This document shows, in pieces, positions 28,243-36,451 of a stretch of 37,373 nt of DNA (the first letter of the stretch is position 1; every line of letters starts with the position of its first letter). A program made the position numbers and the translations under genes. The stretch comes from Chloroflexota bacterium (lineage in GTDB: Bacteria > Chloroflexota > Dehalococcoidia > E44-bin15). A model generated the notes under the pieces. That model had not been told where the DNA came from, did not search any database, and saw nothing but the letters and a program-made list of their open reading frames with translations. The stretch lies in the NCBI GenBank assembly GCA_034659515.1, contig JAYEHL010000184.1:1-37373 (forward strand). Reading direction: 5' to 3'.

Positions 28243-29021
28243 ATTACATAGTAGTATACAACAACCACAGTGAAGAGGATACTGTCCATGCGGTCGAGCA
28301 TGCCGCCGTGGCCCGGCACCATATGGCCCGAGTCCTTTACTCCGGCGTTGCGCTTCAACATGGATTCGGCCAGGTCGCCGAGCGGGCCGAAGATACCGAC
28401 TAACATGCCGAGGACGGCCGCTTGCCAGTACGGGATATCGATAGTAGGCAGTATCGTGGCGAGGATGAGGGCAGCCGCTACCGCGCCGATGAAGCCGCCG
28501 ACAGTTCCCTCCCATGTCTTGGACGGGCTGATCCTTGGAATCATGCGGTGCCGGCCCCATTTCGAACCGATGACGAATGCTGTAATATCGCAGGCAACGC
28601 AGGTGATTATCGCCAGCAGGGCCCAGTCCCTGCCGCCGTCGAGGGCGCGCAGGGGGATGAAATGGCTCAGCATCCAGCCGATGTAGAGCATTCCGGCGAG
28701 GAGCCACGCCCAGTTGGAGGCGGCGTTTTTGGTATCGGGTTGAAATATCGCCCAGATCAGCGGCAGCACGATCACAGCCGCGAGCAGCGTGGTGGTGTAT
28801 TTCATCTCGAAGTGGGCTACGAGGATGAACAGCAACACCCCGATGGTGCCGATGATCGCCAGGGGCTGTTTCTTGGATATGTCGATGATCTTGTAAAACT
28901 CGAAGGCGCCCAGGGCGGCTATTACGGCCAAGGCAATGGAGAAAACGAGGCCGCCGTACCAAGTCACGGCGAATACGATCGCCCCCAGAACAGATCCGCT
29001 GAGGAGCCGTTTAAGCATCAT
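28227..29021 (-). CDS. cdsA: phosphatidate cytidylyltransferase (CDP-diacylglycerol synthase)
   Basis: CDS signature SMLKRNAGVKDSGHMVPGHGGMLDRMDS. Polytopic membrane protein. Confidence 0.9.
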   Translation of the reverse strand: MMLKRLLSGSVLGAIVFAVTWYGGLVFSIALAVIAALGAFEFYKIIDISKKQPLAIIGTIGVLLFILVAHFEMKYTTTLLAAVIVLPLIWAIFQPDTKNAASNWAWLLAGMLYIGWMLSHFIPLRALDGGRDWALLAIITCVACDITAFVIGSKWGRHRMIPRISPSKTWEGTVGGFIGAVAAALILATILPTIDIPYWQAAVLGMLVGIFGPLGDLAESMLKRNAGVKDSGHMVPGHGGMLDRMDSILFTVVVVYYYVIWVVM

Positions 29022-29029
29022 AGCGCTTC

Positions 29030-29752
29030 TCAGGCCTTAGTTTTCTTTCTAAGCCCTCCGAACCGTCTCTCACGTTCGTTGAAGGCGGCGAGCGCTCGCC
29101 CGATCTCCTCCGGCCCGAAGTCGGGCCAGAGCGTCGGTGTGACGTAATATTCGCTGTAAGCGGCCTGCCATAGCATGAAGTTGCTGATGCGCATCTCTCC
29201 GCCGGTGCGTATTATCAGGTCGGGGTCGGGGAGATTGGCGGTGTAAAGATATTTCGACAACTGCTCATCGTTTACATCATCGGGGCTGACACCGTCCTCC
29301 ATCATCTGCTTTATCGCATCGATTATCTCGGAGCGTCCGCCGTAATTGAAGGCGACGCAGAGGGTTAGATTCGTGTTATTCTTTGTCAGTTCTATCGCTT
29401 CGCGAACTTTTTGCTGCAGGCCTTCCGAGACGCCGTTGCGCCTGCCGATATGAACGAGCTTGATTCCCTTCTCGTTCAGGCGCTGCGCCTCACGCTCTAT
29501 CTTTTCCTCGAGGAGGCGCATGAGTCCCTGTACCTCTGTCCGGGGTCGGCTCCAGTTCTCGGTGGAGAAGACGTAGAGGGTGACGTACTTCACGCCGCGG
29601 TCGGCCAGGCATTCGATAACCGGGTAGATGTTATCCGTTCCCGCCCTATGGCCGGCCAGTCGGGGCAGCTTGCGTTGTCTCGCCCACCGTCCGTTGCCGT
29701 CCATGATGATGGCGACGTGGTTGGGAACGCCGGCGATGTTGGAATCAGCCAC
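29030..29752 (-). CDS. uppS: isoprenyl transferase (undecaprenyl-diphosphate synthase family)
   Basis: GTG start sharing one nt with the frr stop (TAGTG). HVAIIMDGNGRWA and RTGGEMRISNFMLWQAAYSE. Confidence 0.93.
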   Translation of the reverse strand: MADSNIAGVPNHVAIIMDGNGRWARQRKLPRLAGHRAGTDNIYPVIECLADRGVKYVTLYVFSTENWSRPRTEVQGLMRLLEEKIEREAQRLNEKGIKLVHIGRRNGVSEGLQQKVREAIELTKNNTNLTLCVAFNYGGRSEIIDAIKQMMEDGVSPDDVNDEQLSKYLYTANLPDPDLIIRTGGEMRISNFMLWQAAYSEYYVTPTLWPDFGPEEIGRALAAFNERERRFGGLRKKTKA

Positions 29753-30309
29753 TAGACCTCCAGTAGCTCGGCCTCTTTATCCTTGGATATCCGGTCTACC
29801 TCGGCGATGAAGCTGTCGGTGATTTCCTGCAGCTTGGCCTGGGCGCGCTTCTGCTCGTCCTGGGAAATCTCCTTTTCCTTCTCGAGGTCGCGGAGCATCT
29901 CCATGGCATCCCTTCTGATATTCCTCAGGGCGACCTTGCCGTCCTCGGCGCGTTTGTTCACCGACTTAACCAGCTCCCTGCGGCGCTCCTCGGAGAGCGG
30001 CGGGATGGCGATCCTGATGATGTGGCCGTCGTTGGTGGGGTTAAAGCCGAGGTCCGATTTCTGGATGGCCTTGGTTATATCATCCATAGTCTTGTTGTCC
30101 CACGGCTGTATGATGAGGAGCCGGGCCTCGGGGACCGAGATCGTAGCTACCTGTTTCAGCGGTGTCGGCGTGCCGTAATAATCTATTTTGACGTTATCCA
30201 GGATGAGCGGCGTCGCTCTCCCGGTGCGTACGGTGGAGAGGTCTTTCTGCAAAGCTTCGATGCTCTTGCCCATGCGGGACTTCGCATCCGATAGTACCTC
30301 GTCTATCAT
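29752..30309 (-). CDS. frr: ribosome recycling factor
   Basis: 185 aa. LQKDLSTVRTGRATPLILDNVKIDYYG and IPPLSEERRRELVK. Confidence 0.95.
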   Translation of the reverse strand: MIDEVLSDAKSRMGKSIEALQKDLSTVRTGRATPLILDNVKIDYYGTPTPLKQVATISVPEARLLIIQPWDNKTMDDITKAIQKSDLGFNPTNDGHIIRIAIPPLSEERRRELVKSVNKRAEDGKVALRNIRRDAMEMLRDLEKEKEISQDEQKRAQAKLQEITDSFIAEVDRISKDKEAELLEV

Positions 30310-30312
30310 GTT

Positions 30313-31038
30313 TTACCTCTGACTGCTTACTATGGTACCGATGACATCGCCCTCTACTGCGTGCACGATGCTCTGGGGGGCGGCGACATCGAATACGATT
30401 ATAGGGAGGTTGTTTTCCATACAAAGGGACATGGCAGTAGCGTCGGTGACTTTCAAGTGTAGTTTGAGGGCATCGTCATGGCTGATGCTGTCGAAACGCT
30501 TGGCATCCGGGTTCTTCTGCGGATCGGCGTCGTATACGCCATCGACGCGGTACTTGGCCATCAGCAGCACCTCTGCCCCGATCTCGATGGCCCTCAGCGC
30601 GGCGGCTGTGTCCGTGGTGAAGTATGGATTACCGGTACCGCAGGCGAATATCACTACGCGCCCCTTCTCCATGTGCCTGAGCGCCCGGCGGCGGATGAAC
30701 GGCTCGCATATCGCTGCGACCGTAATGGCGCTCTGGATGCGGGTGAAAACGCCGGCCTTTTCCAGCGTGTCCTGCAGCGCCAGGGCGTTTAGAAGCGTTG
30801 CCAGCATTCCGGCATAGTCGGCATTGGTGCGCTCCATGCCCATTTCCTCCGCCGTTGTCCCGCGCCATATGTTCCCCCCCCCGACGACGATGGCTACCTC
30901 CGCTCCCATATCCAGCACTTGCCTTATTTGATGAGCGATCTCGGATAGAGTGGCAAAGTCGATACCAGAGCGTTCGTCCCCAGTCAGGGCTGCTCCGCTT
31001 AGTTTGAGGAGGACGCGCTTATACCGGGATTTTTTCAT
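30313..31038 (-). CDS. pyrH: UMP kinase
   Basis: [23 protein letters not shown] and [11 protein letters not shown]. Confidence 0.95.
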   Translation of the reverse strand: MKKSRYKRVLLKLSGAALTGDERSGIDFATLSEIAHQIRQVLDMGAEVAIVVGGGNIWRGTTAEEMGMERTNADYAGMLATLLNALALQDTLEKAGVFTRIQSAITVAAICEPFIRRRALRHMEKGRVVIFACGTGNPYFTTDTAAALRAIEIGAEVLLMAKYRVDGVYDADPQKNPDAKRFDSISHDDALKLHLKVTDATAMSLCMENNLPIIVFDVAAPQSIVHAVEGDVIGTIVSSQR

Positions 31039-31047
31039 ATGTTAAAT

Positions 31048-31569
31048 TCACCCTTTCCCCAGTTCGAAGCGAGTGAATCTGTTTACCTTTATATTCTCAC
31101 CGGTTTTGGCGATTACTTCGGTGATAATATCTTGGATGCTCCTCTGAGGGTCTCGAATGAACGGCTGGCAAAGCAGGCACACCTCGGCAGGGTTTACCTC
31201 TTCGTTGAGATCATCGGGTATGTCGTCTGGCGACATGAAGCTAGGGTCGGTAGCGGCTATCTGCATGGCGATGTTGTGCGCCAGCGCTTTGAAGTCGTCG
31301 GTGCGCGCCACGAAATCGCTCTCGCAGTTAACCTCTACGAGAGCGCCGATCCGGCCTCCTGTATGGATGTAGACATCGACAAGGCCTTCTCTAACCTCTC
31401 GCTCGGACCTCTTCTCGGCCTTGGCGAATCCCCGCTCGCGGAGGATGTCCATGGCTTTCTCCATGTCGCCGGTGGTCTCCTGAAGGGCTCGTTTGCAATC
31501 CATTATTCCCGCCCCGGTAATACTGCGGATCTCTTTTATAGTTTCTGTTGTGATCTTAACTTCCGCCAT
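31048..31569 (-). CDS. tsf: elongation factor Ts, short form (173 aa)
   Basis: UBA-like N-terminus (IKEIRSITGAGIMDCKRALQETTGDMEKAMDILRERG) plus IGALVEVNCESDFVAR. Lacks most of the central and C-terminal module of ~280-aa EF-Ts proteins. Confidence 0.88.
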   Translation of the reverse strand: MAEVKITTETIKEIRSITGAGIMDCKRALQETTGDMEKAMDILRERGFAKAEKRSEREVREGLVDVYIHTGGRIGALVEVNCESDFVARTDDFKALAHNIAMQIAATDPSFMSPDDIPDDLNEEVNPAEVCLLCQPFIRDPQRSIQDIITEVIAKTGENIKVNRFTRFELGKG

Positions 31570-31574
31570 TATTG

Positions 31575-32591
31575 TTACGCCTCGTCCTTCGGCTCAGAAT
31601 TATTAACCTGGTCTTCCTTAACATCAACATCGGGGGCCGCTTGGCCCTCGTCTTTAGCTTCCGTTTTGGCTGGCTCCTCGATCACCTGCTCGCTCTCGGA
31701 TGTCGGTCCGGCGGCAACTATGGCCTCGGTTTCAGCCTCGGGCTCCTCGGTTGCCTCCTGGTTTGCCGCCGCCAGTTCACCCGGAGTTGTAAACTCTCCC
31801 TCGGGTGTGAAGCTTAATACTTCGTGTACCGCTTCTTCTTCGTATACCATGGCGGCAAGCTCACGGGCCTCGCGCCCCTCTGCGGCGGCGCTTGCTATGC
31901 AGCTGCATATCAGCCTTACCGCTCTAACCGCGTCGTCATTTGCCGGTATCGGATAGTCGATCTCATCGGGGTTGCAGTTGGTATCCACTACGGCCACTAT
32001 GGGTATGCCTTTACGTCTGGCCTCGGTGACCGCAATCCGCTCTTTGGCGGGATCGATGATGAAGACCGCTCCGGGGAACCTGGTCATCTCCTTGAAGCCG
32101 CCCATTTGCCTGTTGAGCCGCTCGATCTCCTTGGATAGTTTCAGCCCTTCCTTTTTAGGCAGAACGCCGAGCTGGCCTCTGACCTTCCGGTCCTCCAGCC
32201 GCACCAGATAGTCTATCCGCGACTGGATTGTATCGAAGTTAGTGAGCATTCCGCCGAGCCAGCGCTGGTTAACGTAGTGCATGCCGCAACGTTTGGCTTC
32301 CTCCTCGATTGACTCCTTCGCCTGTTTTTTCGTTCCCACGAAGACTATGTCTTCGCCTTTGGCGACAAGATCCTTGACGAAGTCACAGGCCTTGTGTAGC
32401 AGTGCAGACGTTTGCTCGAGATCGATTATGTGTATGCCGTTCCTGGCGGTGAATATATATCTCGCCATTCGCGGGTTCCAGCGACTGGTCTGATGACCAA
32501 AGTGAGCACCCGCCGCCAACAGCGACTTGATCGATACCTCTTCCGGTCCAGCTTTTACCTCGGGTTTTACCTCGATCCTTCCCTCTTCCAT
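31575..32591 (-). CDS. rpsB: 30S ribosomal protein S2 with ~90-aa acidic C-terminal extension
   Basis: LLAAGAHFGHQTSRWNPRM, HIIDLEQT and VDTNCNPDEIDYPIPANDDA. 338 aa. Confidence 0.93.
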   Translation of the reverse strand: MEEGRIEVKPEVKAGPEEVSIKSLLAAGAHFGHQTSRWNPRMARYIFTARNGIHIIDLEQTSALLHKACDFVKDLVAKGEDIVFVGTKKQAKESIEEEAKRCGMHYVNQRWLGGMLTNFDTIQSRIDYLVRLEDRKVRGQLGVLPKKEGLKLSKEIERLNRQMGGFKEMTRFPGAVFIIDPAKERIAVTEARRKGIPIVAVVDTNCNPDEIDYPIPANDDAVRAVRLICSCIASAAAEGREARELAAMVYEEEAVHEVLSFTPEGEFTTPGELAAANQEATEEPEAETEAIVAAGPTSESEQVIEEPAKTEAKDEGQAAPDVDVKEDQVNNSEPKDEA

Positions 32592-32636
32592 GGTCCCCCT
32601 TTATGTTGGTTCTGTATGCATAAAACAGCAGAGCAT

Positions 32637-32665
32637 AGTATATCATAGCGTAGGTGGCAAGGCAA
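32637..32665 (-). promoter_or_regulatory. putative rpsB promoter (TTGCCT-17 nt-TGaTATACT, extended -10)
   Basis: The - strand reads TTGCCT (32665-32660), a 17-nt spacer ending in TGA, then TATACT (32642-32637), about 45 nt upstream of the rpsB ATG. Confidence 0.45.
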
Positions 32666-32668
32666 TAT

Positions 32669-34002
32669 CGCGTATTCACTCACTTAAAATGTTACCGGAG
32701 ATGGTATGGTTCACTCAGATAAAAATGTTACTGAGGAGGGCCATGCCGAGCGATGAAAGAATGACAATAGACGAGAGACGTAAGTACCTGAAGCTGATAG
32801 CGCGGAGGTATGCCGCGGCTAAGCGGAGGGAGCGAAGCGAGTTACTGACAGAAATGTCAGTAGTGACGGGGTTACATCGTAAGAGCCTGATACGGCTGAT
32901 GGGCATGCCAAGTCTGGAGCGTGCACCGAAGAGTCCCAGGTTTAGGAGAAGGAAGTATGGGACATCCATAGAGGGTGTGGTCAGGATGATCTGGGAGAGT
33001 CTGGACTATGTGTGCGCCGAAAGGCTGACCCCGGTGCTCCTGGATACGGGTCGGCAGCTAGCGGAGTGGGAGGAGTTGGTACTGACGCCGGAGGTGGAAA
33101 GCGCTCTCTCTACTATCAGCCGTTCCACAGTACAGCGGCTACTGGAGCGCATTCAACAGGATACTCCGAAGCTGCCCCGGCGCAGGCCTCAGCCGCCTAA
33201 CCGGCTATTGCGGGAAGTGCCCATGGAGCGGTTGTCCTGGGACACCAGCGTCCCGGGCAGCTTTGAAGTCGACCTGGTCCATCACTGCGGGCCGATATCT
33301 GCGGGCGATTACATACATACCCTGCAACTGGTGGACATCGCTACAGGGTGGAGCGAACGGGTAGCGGTGCTGGGACGCAGTCAGGAAGCTATGGTGAGAG
33401 GCTTCATAAAGGTGCGGGAGAGATTGCCTTTCCCCATCAAGCATCTGCATCCTGACAATGGCAGTGAATTCTTCAATGACCACCTCATCCGCTACTTCGG
33501 CGAGAAGATCACAGGTCTGCGCCTGAGCCGCAGCCGTCCCTACCGGAAGAACGACAACCGGTTCGTGGAGCAGAAGAACAGCACCCTGGTACGGGCATAT
33601 CTCGGATATGAGCGGTTGGATAATGGCGCTCAGTGCGCTGCCCTCAATGCCCTTTACGACCAGCTCTGGGTATACTACAACATGTTTCAGCCCGTGATGC
33701 ACATGGTAGACAAGGAATTGGTAGATGACAAGCTCCGCCGGAAGCACGACAGGGCGAAGACGCCATACCAGCGTCTCCTGGCCTGCAAGGTACTTCTCCC
33801 TGAACAGGAAGCGAGACTAGCCATTCTCTACGCTAAGACAAACCCTCGCCAGTTACGTAGGCAAATCTATACGGCAGTTCAACAACTCTGGGCATACCCT
33901 CAGGCCGATACATCCACCAGAAAGGAGGCGGCATTATCCCGGTAACATCCCTAAATGAATGAACAACCTCTGTTCGGTAACAATATTGTATGAGTTGACG
34001 CG
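32669..34002 (+). mobile_element. single-ORF insertion sequence with nested inverted terminal/subterminal motifs (exact termini uncertain)
   Basis: Four copies of a motif ending TGTTACC, preceded about 7-10 nt upstream by CTCA/TTCA. Two lie on the left in forward orientation (32675-32698, 32710-32734). Two lie on the right inverted (33939-33963, 33975-33994). The outer pair extends to CGCGT (32669-32673) and ACGCG (33998-34002). The element encloses the rve-type transposase gene. No target-site duplication was found. Confidence 0.55.
32743..33945 (+). CDS. DDE transposase with integrase-core (rve) catalytic domain (IS481/ISNCY-like; family not resolved)
   Basis: ATG 32743 preceded by GAGGAGG (32733-32739). 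N-terminal HTH region (ERRKYLKLIARRY...VTGLHRKSLIRLM). Candidate DDE residues in FEVDLVHH, HPDNGSEFFN and RPYRKNDNRFVEQKNSTLVR. Confidence 0.85.
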   Translation: MPSDERMTIDERRKYLKLIARRYAAAKRRERSELLTEMSVVTGLHRKSLIRLMGMPSLERAPKSPRFRRRKYGTSIEGVVRMIWESLDYVCAERLTPVLLDTGRQLAEWEELVLTPEVESALSTISRSTVQRLLERIQQDTPKLPRRRPQPPNRLLREVPMERLSWDTSVPGSFEVDLVHHCGPISAGDYIHTLQLVDIATGWSERVAVLGRSQEAMVRGFIKVRERLPFPIKHLHPDNGSEFFNDHLIRYFGEKITGLRLSRSRPYRKNDNRFVEQKNSTLVRAYLGYERLDNGAQCAALNALYDQLWVYYNMFQPVMHMVDKELVDDKLRRKHDRAKTPYQRLLACKVLLPEQEARLAILYAKTNPRQLRRQIYTAVQQLWAYPQADTSTRKEAALSR

Positions 34003-34007
34003 GATCG

Positions 34008-34036
34008 TTGAAAAACAGGGAGGCTTGTGCTATATT
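34008..34036 (+). promoter_or_regulatory. putative tRNA-Ser promoter (TTGAAA-17 nt-TATATT)
   Basis: TTGAAA at 34008-34013, a 17-nt spacer, and TATATT at 34031-34036, which ends 11 nt before the mature tRNA 5' end. Confidence 0.55.
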
Positions 34037-34047
34037 TTTTCTATCGA

Positions 34048-34139
34048 GGAGGGATCGCATAGTGGTCTAGTGCGGCCGCCTGCTAAGCGGTTACCCTGAG
34101 TGATCGGGGTCGAGGGTTCGAATCCCTCTCCCTCCGCCA
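34048..34139 (+). tRNA. tRNA-Ser(GCU), class II with long variable arm, CCA encoded
   Basis: Hand fold. Acceptor GGAGGGA/TCCCTCC. Anticodon stem GCCGC/GCGGT with loop CU-GCU-AA. A 19-nt variable region (TACCCTGAGTGATCGGGGT). T arm GAGGG-TTCGAAT-CCCTC. Discriminator G, then CCA. Confidence 0.9.
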
Positions 34140-34175
34140 TTATCCTCAAGCCTAATCCCCTGATAGGAGCCCCGG

Positions 34176-35483
34176 ATGCATCGCTACTATATATGGACCA
34201 TCGGTTGTCAGATGAACAAGGCGGACTCCGAGAGCATAGCAGCTTTTCTGGAGGGTATGGGGTATTCATCGACATCGAAGATCGATGATGCCGACATCGT
34301 TTTGCTCAACAGCTGCGTGGTGCGCCAGAGCGCCGAAGACCGTGTCGCCAACAAGATCGATGCCTTACAGCGCCTCGATCGCTCGAAGGCGCTGGCGGTG
34401 ACCGGATGCCTCGTCGATCCCGATATCGATAGTTTGAGACGCCGCTTCCCGCGCGTGGACCTGTTCTTCGCGCCGCAGGACATATCGTCGCTATCCGCAT
34501 ACCTTGAAGATCGGAAGATGATCGAATCGGCTCCTTTCGCGCAGGCGTCCCGGCGAAAACCCGAGCCCAGCGCACTTGTTAACATAATGCATGGCTGCGA
34601 TAATTTCTGCGCCTATTGCATTGTCCCGTACCGCCGCGGAAGGGAGGAGAGCCGCCCCATGGCGGAGATCGTAGACGAGGTGCGGTCGGTGGTCGAGCGC
34701 GGCGCCAGGGAGGTCGTGCTGCTGGGGCAGAACGTCAATTCGTATGGTCGTGGGTTGCCCGGCGAGCCTGCGCTGGCCGACCTGTTGGAGGAGCTGAATC
34801 GTGTCGATGAGCTTTATCGAATACGCTTCCTAACGTCGCATCCAAAGGATATGAACGATGGCCTGATCGAAGCCATCGCCAGGCTGGACAAAGTCTGCGA
34901 GCACCTGAGTCTTCCTTTTCAGGCGGGGGACGACGACATCCTGAGATCGATGCGCCGCGGCTATACCTCGGAGAACTATCGCAGTTTGGTCGAGCGTATC
35001 CGCCGCGACATGCCGGACATTGCGCTCAGCACCGATGTCATCGTTGGTTTCCCCGGCGAGAGCGAGGCGCAGTTCTTGAAATCGTATCGTATGATCGAGG
35101 ACGTCCGTTTCGATACCGTTCACATAGCGTGCTACTCGCCGCGTTCCGGCACCACCGCCGCGCGTGAGCTTGTCGATGATGTTCCTTCCGATGAGAAGGT
35201 GAGGCGGCGCAAGGCTCTGGAGGATCTGCAGGAGATTATCGCCGCGGAGATAAACGCCGGGCTCATGGGGCAGGTGGTCGAAGTGCTGGTCGAAGGTCGA
35301 AAGAAGGGCAAGTGGTGGGGGCGAACACGCACCGATAAGCTGGTGTTCTTCGAGGACGGGAGCGATCGATTCGGATGGCTTATCGACGTGAAGATCGATA
35401 AAACAGGACCCTGGTCGCTGCAGGGGGAGATCGAGAACAAAGGTGATGGCCGCTCTCTGTTTGCGAGTCGAGTAAAAAAGTAA
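34176..35483 (+). CDS. miaB: tRNA (N6-isopentenyladenosine-37) methylthiotransferase, MiaB family
   Basis: AGGAG lies 6 nt upstream of the ATG. UPF0004 domain N-terminus (IWTIGCQMNKADSE), radical-SAM motif CDNFCAYC and a C-terminal TRAM domain. Confidence 0.9.
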   Translation: MHRYYIWTIGCQMNKADSESIAAFLEGMGYSSTSKIDDADIVLLNSCVVRQSAEDRVANKIDALQRLDRSKALAVTGCLVDPDIDSLRRRFPRVDLFFAPQDISSLSAYLEDRKMIESAPFAQASRRKPEPSALVNIMHGCDNFCAYCIVPYRRGREESRPMAEIVDEVRSVVERGAREVVLLGQNVNSYGRGLPGEPALADLLEELNRVDELYRIRFLTSHPKDMNDGLIEAIARLDKVCEHLSLPFQAGDDDILRSMRRGYTSENYRSLVERIRRDMPDIALSTDVIVGFPGESEAQFLKSYRMIEDVRFDTVHIACYSPRSGTTAARELVDDVPSDEKVRRRKALEDLQEIIAAEINAGLMGQVVEVLVEGRKKGKWWGRTRTDKLVFFEDGSDRFGWLIDVKIDKTGPWSLQGEIENKGDGRSLFASRVKK

Positions 35484-35527
35484 TAATATTAGAAGAGCAG
35501 TTTTACCTGCTTTTCAAGGATATCTAA

Positions 35528-36436
35528 ATGAATCCCACTGAGATTATCGAAAAGATAAATAAGCTTAAGGGATCGCTGAACGCGGTGATCGTGGCGCATA
35601 ACTACCAGCGCCCGGAGGTGCAGGACATCGCCGATTTCACCGGCGACTCTCTCGAACTTTCGCGCAAGTGCACGGAGGTGGACGCCGACGTCATCGTATT
35701 CGCCGGCGTACATTTTATGGCGGAGAGCGCCTGTATCCTCAACCCCGATCGCAAGGTGCTGCTGGCCGAGGAGAATGCCGGGTGCCCCATGGCGGATATG
35801 ATAACCCCGGACGACCTCCTCGAATGGAAGCGCAGGTATCCCGATGCCGCGGTGGTGTGCTACATCAACACGTCGGCGGCGATCAAGGCGCTGAGCGATA
35901 TATGCTGTACCTCGGCCAACGGCGTGCAGGTGGTACGGTCGCTGCCGCAGGACGAGATTATATTCGTGCCCGATGAGAACCTGGGGCGCTTCGTATCGCG
36001 CAGCACCGACAAGAGGATGATACTCTACCCCGGATTCTGTCCTACACATGTGCGGGTGATACCGCGCCACGTTGACCTCGCGCGGGAGCGTTATCCCGGC
36101 GGAGTGGTGCTGGTGCACCCCGAGTGCACGCCGGACGTGATCGATAAGGCGGACGCGGCTTTGAGCACGTCGCAGATGATACGTTACGCTAGGGAGAGCG
36201 AGGCAATGGTGTTCCTCATCGGTACAGAGGGCGGACTGCTTCATCGACTCCGCCTGGACAATCCGGGCAAAGAGTTTCACCTGCTCAGCGAGGGCCTGGT
36301 ATGTCCCGATATGAAGTTGACTACGCTTGAAAGTGTGGCACGGACGATGGAGGAGATGCGAAATCAGGTCACGGTCCCCGAAGATGTTCGGTTGAAGGCT
36401 AAGCTTACCCTCGACCGCATGTTGCAAGTAACCTAG
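35528..36436 (+). CDS. nadA: quinolinate synthase
   Basis: VAHNYQRPEVQDIADFTGDSLELS, cluster cysteines (CPMADM, CYINTS, CPDM). 302 aa. Confidence 0.93.
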   Translation: MNPTEIIEKINKLKGSLNAVIVAHNYQRPEVQDIADFTGDSLELSRKCTEVDADVIVFAGVHFMAESACILNPDRKVLLAEENAGCPMADMITPDDLLEWKRRYPDAAVVCYINTSAAIKALSDICCTSANGVQVVRSLPQDEIIFVPDENLGRFVSRSTDKRMILYPGFCPTHVRVIPRHVDLARERYPGGVVLVHPECTPDVIDKADAALSTSQMIRYARESEAMVFLIGTEGGLLHRLRLDNPGKEFHLLSEGLVCPDMKLTTLESVARTMEEMRNQVTVPEDVRLKAKLTLDRMLQVT

Positions 36437-36451
36437 AGAAGGCTTTGTGTG

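Noticed and set aside
32661-34010. Target-site duplication for the IS (for example CAATAT at 32663-32668 and 33981-33986)
   Set aside because: The right-hand CAATAT lies inside the outer inverted motif rather than flanking it. The true flanks (GGCAATAT / GATCGTTG) do not match. The element boundaries therefore remain provisional.
34048-35483. Functional link between tRNA-Ser and the miaB gene 37 nt downstream
   Set aside because: MiaB acts on i6A37 of tRNAs reading UNN codons, which have A36. This tRNA has anticodon GCU with U36 and is not in that substrate class. The adjacency is probably coincidental, or at most co-transcription.
35484-35527. Weak hairpin AGCAG-ttttac-CTGCT-TTTC after miaB as a terminator
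   Set aside because: The stem is only 5 bp with a short T-run, and it lies a few nt from the nadA start. This is too weak to call.
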